In this document: one piece after another, positions 29,493 through 38,143 of the stretch
Position numbering within the stretch: position 1 is the stretch's first letter
Layout of the letters: the number at the start of each line of letters is the position of its first letter
Assembly (NCBI GenBank): GCA_964370905.1
Contig: CAYJKK010000004.1
Span: 38,289 to 102,288, forward strand
Length of the DNA stretch: 64,000 nt
DNA from: an uncultured Clostridium sp.
GTDB lineage: Bacteria; Bacillota; Clostridia; TANB77; CAG-508
Direction of reading: 5' to 3'
Position numbers and translations under genes: made by a program
Notes under the pieces: generated by a model
The model's input: only the letters and a program-made list of their open reading frames with translations
What the model was told of the DNA's origin: nothing
Databases searched by the model: none

Positions 29493-29567
29493 GCAAGTAA
29501 TAATGGTATAATTTATTGTATTAAAAGGTTCAAACATTCCGTATATTCCATATAGTTTTTTTAGAAG

Positions 29568-29695
29568 TTTGTGACCTTTATTCGTTCACAGCCAAAAATG
29601 ACAAAAATCAGAACAAAAAAAATTGATTTGTGAACGAATTTGTGAACGAATTTTCAAAAAAAGTGGTTGATAGTGATCCTTTTTTTGGTCACAAA
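29568..29695. repeat. Five copies of a TTTGTGA(A/C)C motif (three direct, including a 12-bp tandem pair, and two inverted)
   Basis: TTTGTGACC 29568-76. TTCGTTCACA 29581-90 (inverted). TTTGTGAACGAA at 29628-39 and 29640-51. GGTCACAAA 29687-95 (inverted). Confidence 0.7.
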
Positions 29696-29705
29696 AGGAG
29701 GTAAA

Positions 29706-31661
29706 ATGTTCAAATTAGTATCAAAATATAAGCCAGCAGGAGACCAACCTCAGGCAATAGAAAAGCTAGTAGAAGGATTAAATAAAGGACTGAAACATCA
29801 AGTGCTTCTAGGAGCAACGGGAACAGGAAAAACTTTTACTATGGCAAATGTAATAGAAAAAGTTCAAAAACCAACACTTGTTTTAGCACATAATAAGACC
29901 TTAGCTGGACAACTTTATAGCGAACTCAGGGAGATATTCCCCGAAGCACACGTTGAGTATTTCGTATCATATTACGACTATTACCAGCCAGAAAGCTATA
30001 TTGCCCATTCTGACACATATATAGAAAAAGATAGTAGTATTAATGATGAAATAGATAAACTTCGTCATTCAGCAACCTTATCTCTATTTGAAACACGAGA
30101 TGTAATAATTGTAGCATCAGTATCATGTATATATGGTCTAGCAGATCCAGTAGACTATAAAGAAATGATGATGTCACTAAGACCGGGAATGCAAAAAGGA
30201 AGAGATGAAGTATTAAAAAGGCTAGTAAATATGCAATATGCAAGAAATGAATTAGACTTTAAAAGAGGAACATTTAGAGCAAAAGGAGATACAGTAGAGA
30301 TATATCCTTCATCACAAAGTGAAGCAGCAGTCAGAGTAGAATTTTGGGGAGATGAAATAGAAAAAATAACAGAAATAAATCCATTAACTGGAAAAGGAAT
30401 AGGACTTAGAAATCATATATTAATACCACCAGCATCACAATATGCAACAGAAAAAGCAAAAGTCGATATAGCAATAGAAAATATTGAAAAAGAATTAGAA
30501 GGAAGAATAAAATATTTTAAAGAAAACAATAAACTAATAGAAGCACAAAGAATAGAAGAAAGAACAAACTTTGATATGGAAATGCTAAGAGAAACAGGAT
30601 TTTGTTCAGGGATAGAAAACTATTCAAGACATATCAGTGGTAGAGAAGAGGGGAGTAGGCCATACACATTATTTGATTATTTTCCAGATGACTTCTTATT
30701 ATTAGTAGATGAATCACATGTAAGTATTCCACAAGTTAGAGCAATGTATAATGGGGATAGGGCAAGAAAAGAAAGCTTAGTTAATTTTGGATTTAGATTA
30801 CCTTCAGCTTTTGATAATAGGCCACTTAAATTTCCAGAGTTTGAAGAACAATTAAATCAAGTAATATATGTTAGTGCAACACCAGCAGATTATGAAAAAG
30901 AACATAGTAGTGGAAATGTAGTAGAACAAATAATACGCCCTACAGGTCTATTAGATCCAAAAATAGAGGTAAAACCAGTAACAAATCAAATAGACGACTT
31001 ATTAGAACAAATACGAATAACTGTAGAGAAAAAAGAAAGAGTATTAGTTACAACATTAACTAAAAAACAAGCAGAAGATTTAACTGCATATTTAAAAAGT
31101 TTTAATATAAAAGTAAACTATATGCATTCAGATACAAAAACATTAGAAAGAATGGAAATAATACGTAATTTAAGACTAGGAGAATTTGATGTTTTAGTTG
31201 GAATAAACCTATTAAGAGAAGGGTTAGACATACCAGAAGTTTCATTAGTAGCAATACTAGATGCAGACAAAGAAGGTTTCTTACGTTCAGAAAGATCCTT
31301 AATACAGACAATTGGTCGTGCTGCTAGAAATTCAGAAGGACGAGTTATCATGTATGCAGATCAGTTGACAGATAGTATGGAAAAAGCAATAAGAGAAACA
31401 AATAGGAGAAGAACAATACAAGAAGAATATAATAGAGTTCATAATATAACACCTAAAACTATAAGTAAATCTGTTCGTGATTCAATTAGTGCAGTTAAAA
31501 TGGAAGATATTAAAGTAGAATATAAATTAGAAAAAGAACAAGATATAACAGATATCATAAATAAACTTAGTGAAGAAATGCTTAAATATGCTGCTAATAT
31601 GGAATTTGAGGAAGCAGCAAAAATTCGAGACAAGATTAAAGAATTAGAAAAATTGATATAA
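29706..31661 (+). CDS. uvrB: Excinuclease ABC subunit B
   Basis: [35 protein letters not shown]-terminal UVR motif [24 protein letters not shown] precedes the ATG at 29706. Confidence 0.95.
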   Translation: MFKLVSKYKPAGDQPQAIEKLVEGLNKGLKHQVLLGATGTGKTFTMANVIEKVQKPTLVLAHNKTLAGQLYSELREIFPEAHVEYFVSYYDYYQPESYIAHSDTYIEKDSSINDEIDKLRHSATLSLFETRDVIIVASVSCIYGLADPVDYKEMMMSLRPGMQKGRDEVLKRLVNMQYARNELDFKRGTFRAKGDTVEIYPSSQSEAAVRVEFWGDEIEKITEINPLTGKGIGLRNHILIPPASQYATEKAKVDIAIENIEKELEGRIKYFKENNKLIEAQRIEERTNFDMEMLRETGFCSGIENYSRHISGREEGSRPYTLFDYFPDDFLLLVDESHVSIPQVRAMYNGDRARKESLVNFGFRLPSAFDNRPLKFPEFEEQLNQVIYVSATPADYEKEHSSGNVVEQIIRPTGLLDPKIEVKPVTNQIDDLLEQIRITVEKKERVLVTTLTKKQAEDLTAYLKSFNIKVNYMHSDTKTLERMEIIRNLRLGEFDVLVGINLLREGLDIPEVSLVAILDADKEGFLRSERSLIQTIGRAARNSEGRVIMYADQLTDSMEKAIRETNRRRTIQEEYNRVHNITPKTISKSVRDSISAVKMEDIKVEYKLEKEQDITDIINKLSEEMLKYAANMEFEEAAKIRDKIKELEKLI

Positions 31662-31766
31662 AACTAATAGTCTTAATAAATACTTAATAATCTTGTAGTT
31701 GATATTTAGAAAATTATAGTATAAAATATAAATGAGGATAAAAAATAAAAGGAAAAGGGATAATAA

Positions 31767-32312
31767 ATGGTAGTAAAAAAACGAACTATAAAAACGCAAG
31801 ATATATTTATATATTTTTATATAGCTGCAATACTTGGATGGATATTAGAAACAGTTTTTGCAATAATGCTAGAAAATCCAGAAAAAAGAGGATTTCTATA
31901 TGGACCACTATGTCCAATATATGGTTTTGGAGCTATAATGTTAGTACTAGTTAATTCAGCATTAAACAGAAAAAATATAAAAAAAATGTATATAAAGTTT
32001 GCAGTATTTGCAATTACATTTACAATTTTAGAATATTTGTCATCAGTAATTTTAGAAGCTTTATTTGGAATGAGATGGTGGGACTATACAGGATTATTTT
32101 TAAATTTCCAAGGAAGAATAGCATTAGGTTATTCTATAGCATTTGGACTAATAGGGATAATATTTATAAAACTAATATTAAAACCAATTAAGAGATTATG
32201 TGAAAAACTAAGAAAAACTTTAACTCCAAAAGGGGTAAATATATTAGTAACTATGATAACAATGATTTTTGTTATAGATATAGTACTTTCTTGCATAAGA
32301 TATGCAAATTAA
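31767..32312 (+). CDS. Polytopic membrane protein (putative ABC-transporter type IV-like family)
   Basis: 181 aa, 5-6 TM helices. N-terminal pattern ILGWILETVF is family-like, from memory. Confidence 0.45.
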   Translation: MVVKKRTIKTQDIFIYFYIAAILGWILETVFAIMLENPEKRGFLYGPLCPIYGFGAIMLVLVNSALNRKNIKKMYIKFAVFAITFTILEYLSSVILEALFGMRWWDYTGLFLNFQGRIALGYSIAFGLIGIIFIKLILKPIKRLCEKLRKTLTPKGVNILVTMITMIFVIDIVLSCIRYAN

Positions 32313-32376
32313 ATAATAAAATAATTATATAGAAACAAAAATTAAAACCATACATATCATATAATAGGTGATGTGT

Positions 32377-32890
32377 ATGGTTTTAAATGATTTAAAGGAG
32401 ATAGCAGAAAATATAAAAGAAAAAGACCCAGCAAGTAAAAATATATTAGAAGTAATAATTCTATATCCAGGTTTTCATATACTAATATTTCACAAGTTAG
32501 CACATTTTTTATATAATAAAAATTGGCTATTTTTAGCAAGGCTTGTATCACAAGTAGGAAGATTTTTAACTGGAATTGAAATACATCCAGGTGCAAAAAT
32601 AGGTAAACGACTTTTTATAGACCATGGAATGGGAATAGTAATAGGTGAAACTGCAACAATTGGTGATGATTGTACAATTTATCATAATTCGACTTTAGGT
32701 GGGACAGGGAAAGATGAAAATAAACGACATCCAGATATAGGAAATAATGTAATGGTAGGAGCAGGAGCTAAAATCTTGCGGTCCAATTAAGATAGGAAAC
32801 AATGTAAAAATAGGTGCAAATGCAACTGTACTTACAGATATACCAGATAATGTAACTGTTGTAGAATGTAATAGAATAGTAAAAACTTGA
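32377..32890 (+). pseudogene. cysE: Serine O-acetyltransferase, interrupted by a +1 frameshift near 32779
   Basis: Hexapeptide repeats. Frame 1 ends [10 protein letters not shown], while the +1 frame continues [28 protein letters not shown] to the TGA at 32888-90. Confidence 0.8.
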
Positions 32891-32915
32891 CAAGTCAAAT
32901 GATATTATGTATACT
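32887..32915 (+). promoter_or_regulatory. Sigma-A promoter of orphan gene A
   Basis: TTGACA, 17 nt, TATACT. The -35 overlaps the cysE stop codon. Confidence 0.6.
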
Positions 32916-32971
32916 ACTTAACAGGACAATTTTTAATAGATAAGTTATATACTAAAATTTTGGAGGACATT

Positions 32972-33754
32972 ATGAAGAAAGAAAACTTATTAAAATCAAT
33001 CGCTGATATTAATCAAGAAATCAAGAGTATTAAAGAAGAGATTGGTAATCAAGACAGAGTCAATATTGCTCTTGATATTAGATGTTTAGCAAGAAAAATA
33101 TTTACATTCTTACGAGATATAGAAGAAGAAATATTGGTTAAAGAATCTACTATTTGCTTGAATGCTACAGAGCAAGATGAGTTTGAAGAAGAACTTGAAA
33201 AAATGTCTTCTAAGTATAAAAAACTTAAAAAGGATCTTACATCTTTTAAAGGTTTAGATGGATTAGAAGATATCATAGAAAGCACAGTTGATGCAGCTAA
33301 ATGTTATATTAATGGATTGCAATATGAAGAGGCATTAAAAGAGCCTACACTATATAGTATAGATGAAAAGTACTTTATTTTTGCAAATACTGATTTAATA
33401 ACAGATGAAGCTAATATATATAATAGTTTAGATGCTGCTTTAGAAAATCTTGTTGCTAGAATAAATGTGTTATTCATTAAAGAAGATAATCAATATGTTA
33501 TTGATTCAGGAGATGAAGTAGGTTCAAGGATATATTGTTTACAAAATGCTGTTAATACTGCGTATGAAGTTGCGATATTATCTAAAATAAGTAGTGAAAA
33601 TCTAAAAATTATTAACTCAGTTGAGCCAAAAAGATTAAACGAAATTATAAAGTTTTTGAAAATTTTTAATAACTTTTATAGTGAAACTGATATGTTCCCA
33701 TATAGAACAATAACTACTTTTTTAGATGCACTTATAAAATGCATTAAGAAGTAA
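32972..33754 (+). CDS. Orphan acidic helical protein A (about 260 aa)
   Basis: RBS GGAGGA 5 nt before the ATG at 32972. No known motif. Confidence 0.65.
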   Translation: MKKENLLKSIADINQEIKSIKEEIGNQDRVNIALDIRCLARKIFTFLRDIEEEILVKESTICLNATEQDEFEEELEKMSSKYKKLKKDLTSFKGLDGLEDIIESTVDAAKCYINGLQYEEALKEPTLYSIDEKYFIFANTDLITDEANIYNSLDAALENLVARINVLFIKEDNQYVIDSGDEVGSRIYCLQNAVNTAYEVAILSKISSENLKIINSVEPKRLNEIIKFLKIFNNFYSETDMFPYRTITTFLDALIKCIKK

Positions 33755-33786
33755 AATTAAGCTTAAATTGTCCAAAATAACTTATC

Positions 33787-33819
33787 AAAAAAAGACTTAT
33801 GAAATCATAGGTCTTTTTT
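33787..33819. terminator. Intrinsic terminator of gene A
   Basis: A run, AAAGACTTATG-aaat-CATAGGTCTTT, T run. Confidence 0.75.
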
Positions 33820-33821
33820 AT

Positions 33822-33850
33822 TTGACAAAAAATACGATATTATGTATACT
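33822..33850 (+). promoter_or_regulatory. Sigma-A promoter of orphan gene B
   Basis: TTGACA, 17 nt, TATACT. GATATTATGTATACT is identical to promoter A. Confidence 0.6.
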
Positions 33851-33907
33851 GGATGTAGGACAATTTTACCATAGATAAGTTATAAAACATTTAAGGAGGA
33901 CTACTGT

Positions 33908-34687
33908 ATGCAAAAATCAATAATTGGTAGAATGAGTGAAATTATAAATATAGGTGACACTATATTGAAAAACTTCATTAGCTACGATAAGAAAGCATTG
34001 TCTCAAAAAATCTTAAACTTTACGGATTCAATGTATGAATTAATTAAAGATTTAGAAAGCTATGTATCATCAGATATATTAGTAGAAGATGATCTACTAA
34101 TTGATCGATATGTAAAAAATCTAGAATATGTAGTTAAAAACATTGAAGAAATATTTCATTATTATACGGGAATAACGGAGCTGAGCAATTCAATAGTTAC
34201 GTATATTTATATACTAACTAAAAAAGATACTGAGCCCTGTGAACTAGATACTTTTGGATTAAAAATGTTAGAAGAAGATCTAGTTGACTTTGAAAAAGTT
34301 AGAGTGAATTTGGAGAAATTAATTTGCAGACCTAAAATAAAGGAAATATATAGTGAAATAGTCACTGTAGCTTCTTTATCACAAGCAATACTTCAAGATG
34401 ATGGTTTGGGAAATGGTGAAATGATACTCCCAGAAGATATAACTATAAATGAAGAAGGTTTCAAAAAACTAAAAGATAGTTCATATGAAGCATATAAAAG
34501 GATTTTAGAATTTTCAATAATAGATAGAGACTATCTAATTAAAGAGGAATATTCTAAAGAGATAGATACTATATATGAATGGCTATCCACATTTGTAGTG
34601 TATTTAGTTGGAAACAAATTAGCGGTAGGATTAATAGGAACTTTAACAGCTTTTGATGCTGTATATCAAGAGTTTTTTGATTGTTAG
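33908..34687 (+). CDS. Orphan acidic helical protein B (259 aa)
   Basis: RBS AAGGAGGA. No known motif. Weak C-terminal resemblance to A (TxTxF-DA). Confidence 0.65.
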   Translation: MQKSIIGRMSEIINIGDTILKNFISYDKKALSQKILNFTDSMYELIKDLESYVSSDILVEDDLLIDRYVKNLEYVVKNIEEIFHYYTGITELSNSIVTYIYILTKKDTEPCELDTFGLKMLEEDLVDFEKVRVNLEKLICRPKIKEIYSEIVTVASLSQAILQDDGLGNGEMILPEDITINEEGFKKLKDSSYEAYKRILEFSIIDRDYLIKEEYSKEIDTIYEWLSTFVVYLVGNKLAVGLIGTLTAFDAVYQEFFDC

Positions 34688-34717
34688 AATAACTTAAATT
34701 GTCCCAAATAACTTATC

Positions 34718-34751
34718 AAAAAAAGACTTATGAAAATATAAGTCTTTTTTT
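34718..34751. terminator. Bidirectional terminator (gene B and the convergent PRTase gene)
   Basis: AAAGACTTAT-gaaaat-ATAAGTCTTT flanked by A and T runs. Confidence 0.75.
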
Positions 34752-34761
34752 ATATGGTTAT

Positions 34762-35619
34762 TTAATTAATACCGTAAATATTATTGTCAACTAATAGCTG
34801 AGCTCTTTTTTTAGTTTTCTCATCACTATTTAAAGAATTCGTAATAAATTCAGGATGGTTAATTAAAAAGTTTCTCATAGATTCGTCTGGATTATGATAG
34901 AAATTATTTAATAACTCTTGTTGTACTGTAGTAATTAAATTCATATCTACAGCTTTTTGAAAAAGCTTTTCATCTACATTTACTAAAGAATAGGATGCAA
35001 TACCTTTAGATTCAATTATTTCTGTACCACCTTGCATTCTATCAACAACAACGCAAGACCAAGCAATTTTACCACCTAAATTTTCAATAGCAGGTATCCA
35101 AGCTCTAACATAACTTGAAGCTACAGTAATTAAATCAGCAATATGCAGTACTTTTTTATTAGCTAAGCTAGTTATTTCTAAATCGCTATTAAAGTCATAA
35201 GAATTAATCTTAATTGATAAATCTTTATATATTGAAATATGAGGTTTTTTTAATATATATGATATTACATTTGAAAAGAACCAATCACGTCTTTCACCAG
35301 CAGATATATAGTCTATTTCGTTAATATCTATATTTGCTTTTATTATAGTTACCATAGCATCTATAACATTTTTATATATTTCATTATTTTCATATTGTAA
35401 AAAAGTTTTATCAAAAACTTTTTTAGGTAAAGTGTCTTTGTCACTTAAACTTTCATCTATAAAAGAAAGTAAGTTTACAGCATCTGTTTCAGATCCATAT
35501 ATAAAATGTGTATTTATAAAATATGGTCCTATTTTACCAGATGTATACCAAAAAGGCTTGTTTTCCTCACAAAATTTTATAGCATTTGTGCTAAATAAAT
35601 ATGATTCTATATTAATCAT
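34762..35619 (-). CDS. Type I phosphoribosyltransferase, PyrE-like long form (285 aa)
   Basis: N-terminal AIKFCEENKPFWYTSGKIGPYFIN resembles OPRTase. Degenerate PRPP loop VLHIADLITVASS. Confidence 0.5.
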   Translation of the reverse strand: MINIESYLFSTNAIKFCEENKPFWYTSGKIGPYFINTHFIYGSETDAVNLLSFIDESLSDKDTLPKKVFDKTFLQYENNEIYKNVIDAMVTIIKANIDINEIDYISAGERRDWFFSNVISYILKKPHISIYKDLSIKINSYDFNSDLEITSLANKKVLHIADLITVASSYVRAWIPAIENLGGKIAWSCVVVDRMQGGTEIIESKGIASYSLVNVDEKLFQKAVDMNLITTVQQELLNNFYHNPDESMRNFLINHPEFITNSLNSDEKTKKRAQLLVDNNIYGIN

Positions 35620-35673
35620 TGTAATCCTCCTAAATTTAAATTAATAGTATTCTAAATAAAAACTAAATAATTG

Positions 35674-36189
35674 TCAATCAAAATATCCTATATATGGTAA
35701 ATTTCTAAATTTTTCTCCATAATCTAATCCATAACCAACAACAAATTTATCTTCTATTTTAAAGCCAGTATAATCTACATTAATATCTACAACTCTTCTT
35801 GAAGGTTTATCTAGAAGAGTGCAAAGTTTAACAGATTTAGGATTTTTACTATCAAGATATTTTAATAGATATGATAATGTTCTTCCAGTATCTATAATAT
35901 CTTCAACAACAATTACATCTTTACCAGTAATATTTTCTTTTAAATCTAATTCTAATTTAATAATTCCAGTACTTTCAGTTTCATTACCATAACTAGAAAC
36001 CTTAATAAAGTCAAAAATCATAGGATTTGAAATTCTTTTACTTAGGTCAGTAGTGAAAAATACAGAGCCTTTTAAAATACAAATAAGCACGATTTCTTTT
36101 CCTATATAGTCACTTTCTATTTGTTTTGCCATTTCTAATATTTTGTTTTGTAAAGATGATTCATCAATTAGTACATTTAAATTTTTCAT
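35674..36189 (-). CDS. hpt: Hypoxanthine phosphoribosyltransferase
   Basis: 171 aa. PRPP motif VIVVEDIIDTGRTL. C-terminal YGLDYGEKFRNLPYIG. Confidence 0.9.
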   Translation of the reverse strand: MKNLNVLIDESSLQNKILEMAKQIESDYIGKEIVLICILKGSVFFTTDLSKRISNPMIFDFIKVSSYGNETESTGIIKLELDLKENITGKDVIVVEDIIDTGRTLSYLLKYLDSKNPKSVKLCTLLDKPSRRVVDINVDYTGFKIEDKFVVGYGLDYGEKFRNLPYIGYFD

Positions 36190-36273
36190 ATATTACTCCA
36201 TTTCTTTTTTATAGATTATATATCTACTAGATTTAAATATCAATAAAAAATAAAAAAATGTAAAATTAAATTT

Positions 36274-36302
36274 TTGACAATTAACATAATGTATGATAAA
36301 AT
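36274..36302 (+). promoter_or_regulatory. Sigma-A promoter of orphan gene C
   Basis: TTGACA, 17 nt, TAAAAT with an upstream TGa (extended -10). Confidence 0.6.
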
Positions 36303-36353
36303 ACTATACGAATTTAATTAAAAAAAACTTATATTACAGCAGGAGGAAACAGC

Positions 36354-36944
36354 ATGAAAAAAGTAAATCAAAACAAAATAGTAGAGGTGTCAAAAGCACT
36401 ATATAGTTTAAAACGATTTGAAGAAATATGTAAGCAAATATATCTAGGTTTTGAAACATTACAATCATCAAATGAAGCAAGAGAAGAAAGCATATTTAAA
36501 TTATCAAACTCTATTATTTACTTTAATGATATATTACTTGAACTAGAAAAAATAGTTAAAAGTAAAAAAGTAGATAACGAAATTGAAACCCTTATAATTG
36601 AAACAGAAAGTCATTTAGAAACAGATATACAGTCAGATAAATATGGATTTGGAGTAGAAATATATTTCGATAAAGAAGATTTGCCAGTACACTCAAAGAC
36701 TGTAACTATAAAAAAGAGTAACGTCATTCTTATTTTGGAATATAAATATAATCTAGAAAAAAGTTATGAAACACTAGAAATATCAAAGATGTTTCGTCAA
36801 GAAAGCTTGCATATGCAAAATTCTTTTGTTTTAGATTTGAAATCTGGAACAATAGATGAAATAGCTATTTCAAATGAAATGAGCTTATGTATTATAGAGG
36901 ATTTGAAATTAGCTGTTGATACAATAAAAAAAGCATTTAAATAA
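36354..36944 (+). CDS. Orphan protein C (196 aa)
   Basis: RBS AGGAGGAAA. C-terminal region paralogous to D. Confidence 0.65.
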   Translation: MKKVNQNKIVEVSKALYSLKRFEEICKQIYLGFETLQSSNEAREESIFKLSNSIIYFNDILLELEKIVKSKKVDNEIETLIIETESHLETDIQSDKYGFGVEIYFDKEDLPVHSKTVTIKKSNVILILEYKYNLEKSYETLEISKMFRQESLHMQNSFVLDLKSGTIDEIAISNEMSLCIIEDLKLAVDTIKKAFK

Positions 36945-36954
36945 TATAAGTTGT

Positions 36955-36988
36955 GTGCCAGAATAGATTTATCTGGCGCAATTTTTTT
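36955..36988 (+). terminator. Intrinsic terminator of gene C
   Basis: GTGCCAGA-atagattta-TCTGGCGC followed by a T run. Confidence 0.7.
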
Positions 36989-37017
36989 ATTTAGAGAATA
37001 TATAATAATATGGAATT

Positions 37018-37046
37018 TTGACAAACTGATTAAAAGATGATAATAT
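37018..37046 (+). promoter_or_regulatory. Sigma-A promoter of orphan gene D
   Basis: TTGACA, 17 nt, TAATAT with an upstream TGa. Confidence 0.6.
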
Positions 37047-37095
37047 ATGTGAAATCTAGTTTAAAAAACTTATATTACAACAGGAGGAAAACATC

Positions 37096-38031
37096 ATGAG
37101 TATTAGTAGATATGAATTTGTCCAAGTAGCAGAATTATTAGGAGGAAAGGTTGTAGAGAACTATAGTACCAAGGCTACCAAATTAGATTTTGCAGAATAT
37201 ATTAGCAAAATTGCTGAGCAGAACACGTTGTATACAGGTATATATGAATTTAATAATGGTATTAGATTTATACATAACCAAGATGAAGCGAGAGTACAAA
37301 TAGTACGGGATCAAATTTGGGAATTAAAAAGCAAAGAAAGACCGTCTAAAACATTATATGAAATTGTGTCTGAAACTGAAGAACTATTTAAAGGTCAAGA
37401 TAAAGTTATAGAAAATGAGGAAGGATATATATTAACAACAATAGCATATATATCTGCTATCTTAATTTCTAAAGAAGAGTATAGTAAGCAAAAAGTACAA
37501 GAAATTATGAATAATGTATATAACAATCTTTTTATTCAAATGGAAGAAACTTTTTTAGTAGATATTTCGGAATTAATTAATGTAATGAAGAAGTATAAGC
37601 ATATATTTAAAAAAGAACATTTCATTAATTCACTAACAGAAGAAAGTGAAAGTAAAGTAGATATAAAAATATATCTAGAAGAAAATTCCATGGAGATTGA
37701 TATAATTTCGAAAGATAAGTTATGTTCGTTAAGAATGTATCATGGCAGTACAGAAATAATGTTGGAGATAATTAGTGATAAATATAAGCCATATGAATAT
37801 TATTATAATTTGAAAACCAAAACAGAAACACTTGAATTTTCTCCGAGAGATACTGGATATAGGTCTGGATATTTTAAATTAAATCTTCAAACAGGCTCTA
37901 TCGGAGATAAATTTATTACTCAAGAACAGTTAGATGACTTAATAACTGATCTAGAAGAAGTAATTAAAATTGTTGAAGATAAAATCTTAATGTATTTACC
38001 AAATTATAAGAAACTAGTGACTGAAAAATAA
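37096..38031 (+). CDS. Orphan protein D (311 aa)
   Basis: RBS AGGAGGAAAA. C-terminal ETLEFS...FKLNLQTGSIGD...ITDLEEVIKIV aligns with C. Confidence 0.65.
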   Translation: MSISRYEFVQVAELLGGKVVENYSTKATKLDFAEYISKIAEQNTLYTGIYEFNNGIRFIHNQDEARVQIVRDQIWELKSKERPSKTLYEIVSETEELFKGQDKVIENEEGYILTTIAYISAILISKEEYSKQKVQEIMNNVYNNLFIQMEETFLVDISELINVMKKYKHIFKKEHFINSLTEESESKVDIKIYLEENSMEIDIISKDKLCSLRMYHGSTEIMLEIISDKYKPYEYYYNLKTKTETLEFSPRDTGYRSGYFKLNLQTGSIGDKFITQEQLDDLITDLEEVIKIVEDKILMYLPNYKKLVTEK

Positions 38032-38042
38032 AATATAAGTTT

Positions 38043-38075
38043 AAACTACCAAATATATTAGTTTGGTAGTTTTTT
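38043..38075 (+). terminator. Intrinsic terminator of gene D
   Basis: AAACTACCAAA-tatattag-TTTGGTAGTTT followed by a T run. Confidence 0.75.
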
Positions 38076-38143
38076 ATTGCAAGATAGTAGTAAATATGGT
38101 AAAGTAATAATAGGGACTTAAAATAAAATAATGGGAGAAAAAA

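Larger units (their letters stand above)
1..29500 (+). mobile_element. Integrative conjugative element, partial (left end outside window). Contains a T4SS/relaxase module, defence cargo and an Xis/integrase module. The right boundary is approximate.
   Basis: Co-linear relaxase, T4CP, VirB4, CHAP hydrolase, excisionase-like HTH and two tyrosine recombinases, all on the + strand. Ends at a terminator plus repeat cluster just upstream of uvrB. Confidence 0.75.

Noticed and set aside
29667-29705. Extended uvrB start ([13 protein letters not shown]...)
   Set aside because: The GTG start lacks an RBS. AAAGGAGG precedes the ATG at 29706, which gives the conserved UvrB N-terminus.
29500-29705. LexA/Cheo SOS box upstream of uvrB
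   Set aside because: Searched for GAAC-N4-GTTC-type palindromes. Only non-palindromic GAAC-containing repeats are present, so no SOS box is claimed.
30040-31633. Minus-strand ORFs inside uvrB. Also similar antisense ORFs inside hydB, hydA, guaA, dapB, int1 and other conserved genes.
   Set aside because: Antisense to highly conserved genes, with no translation signals.
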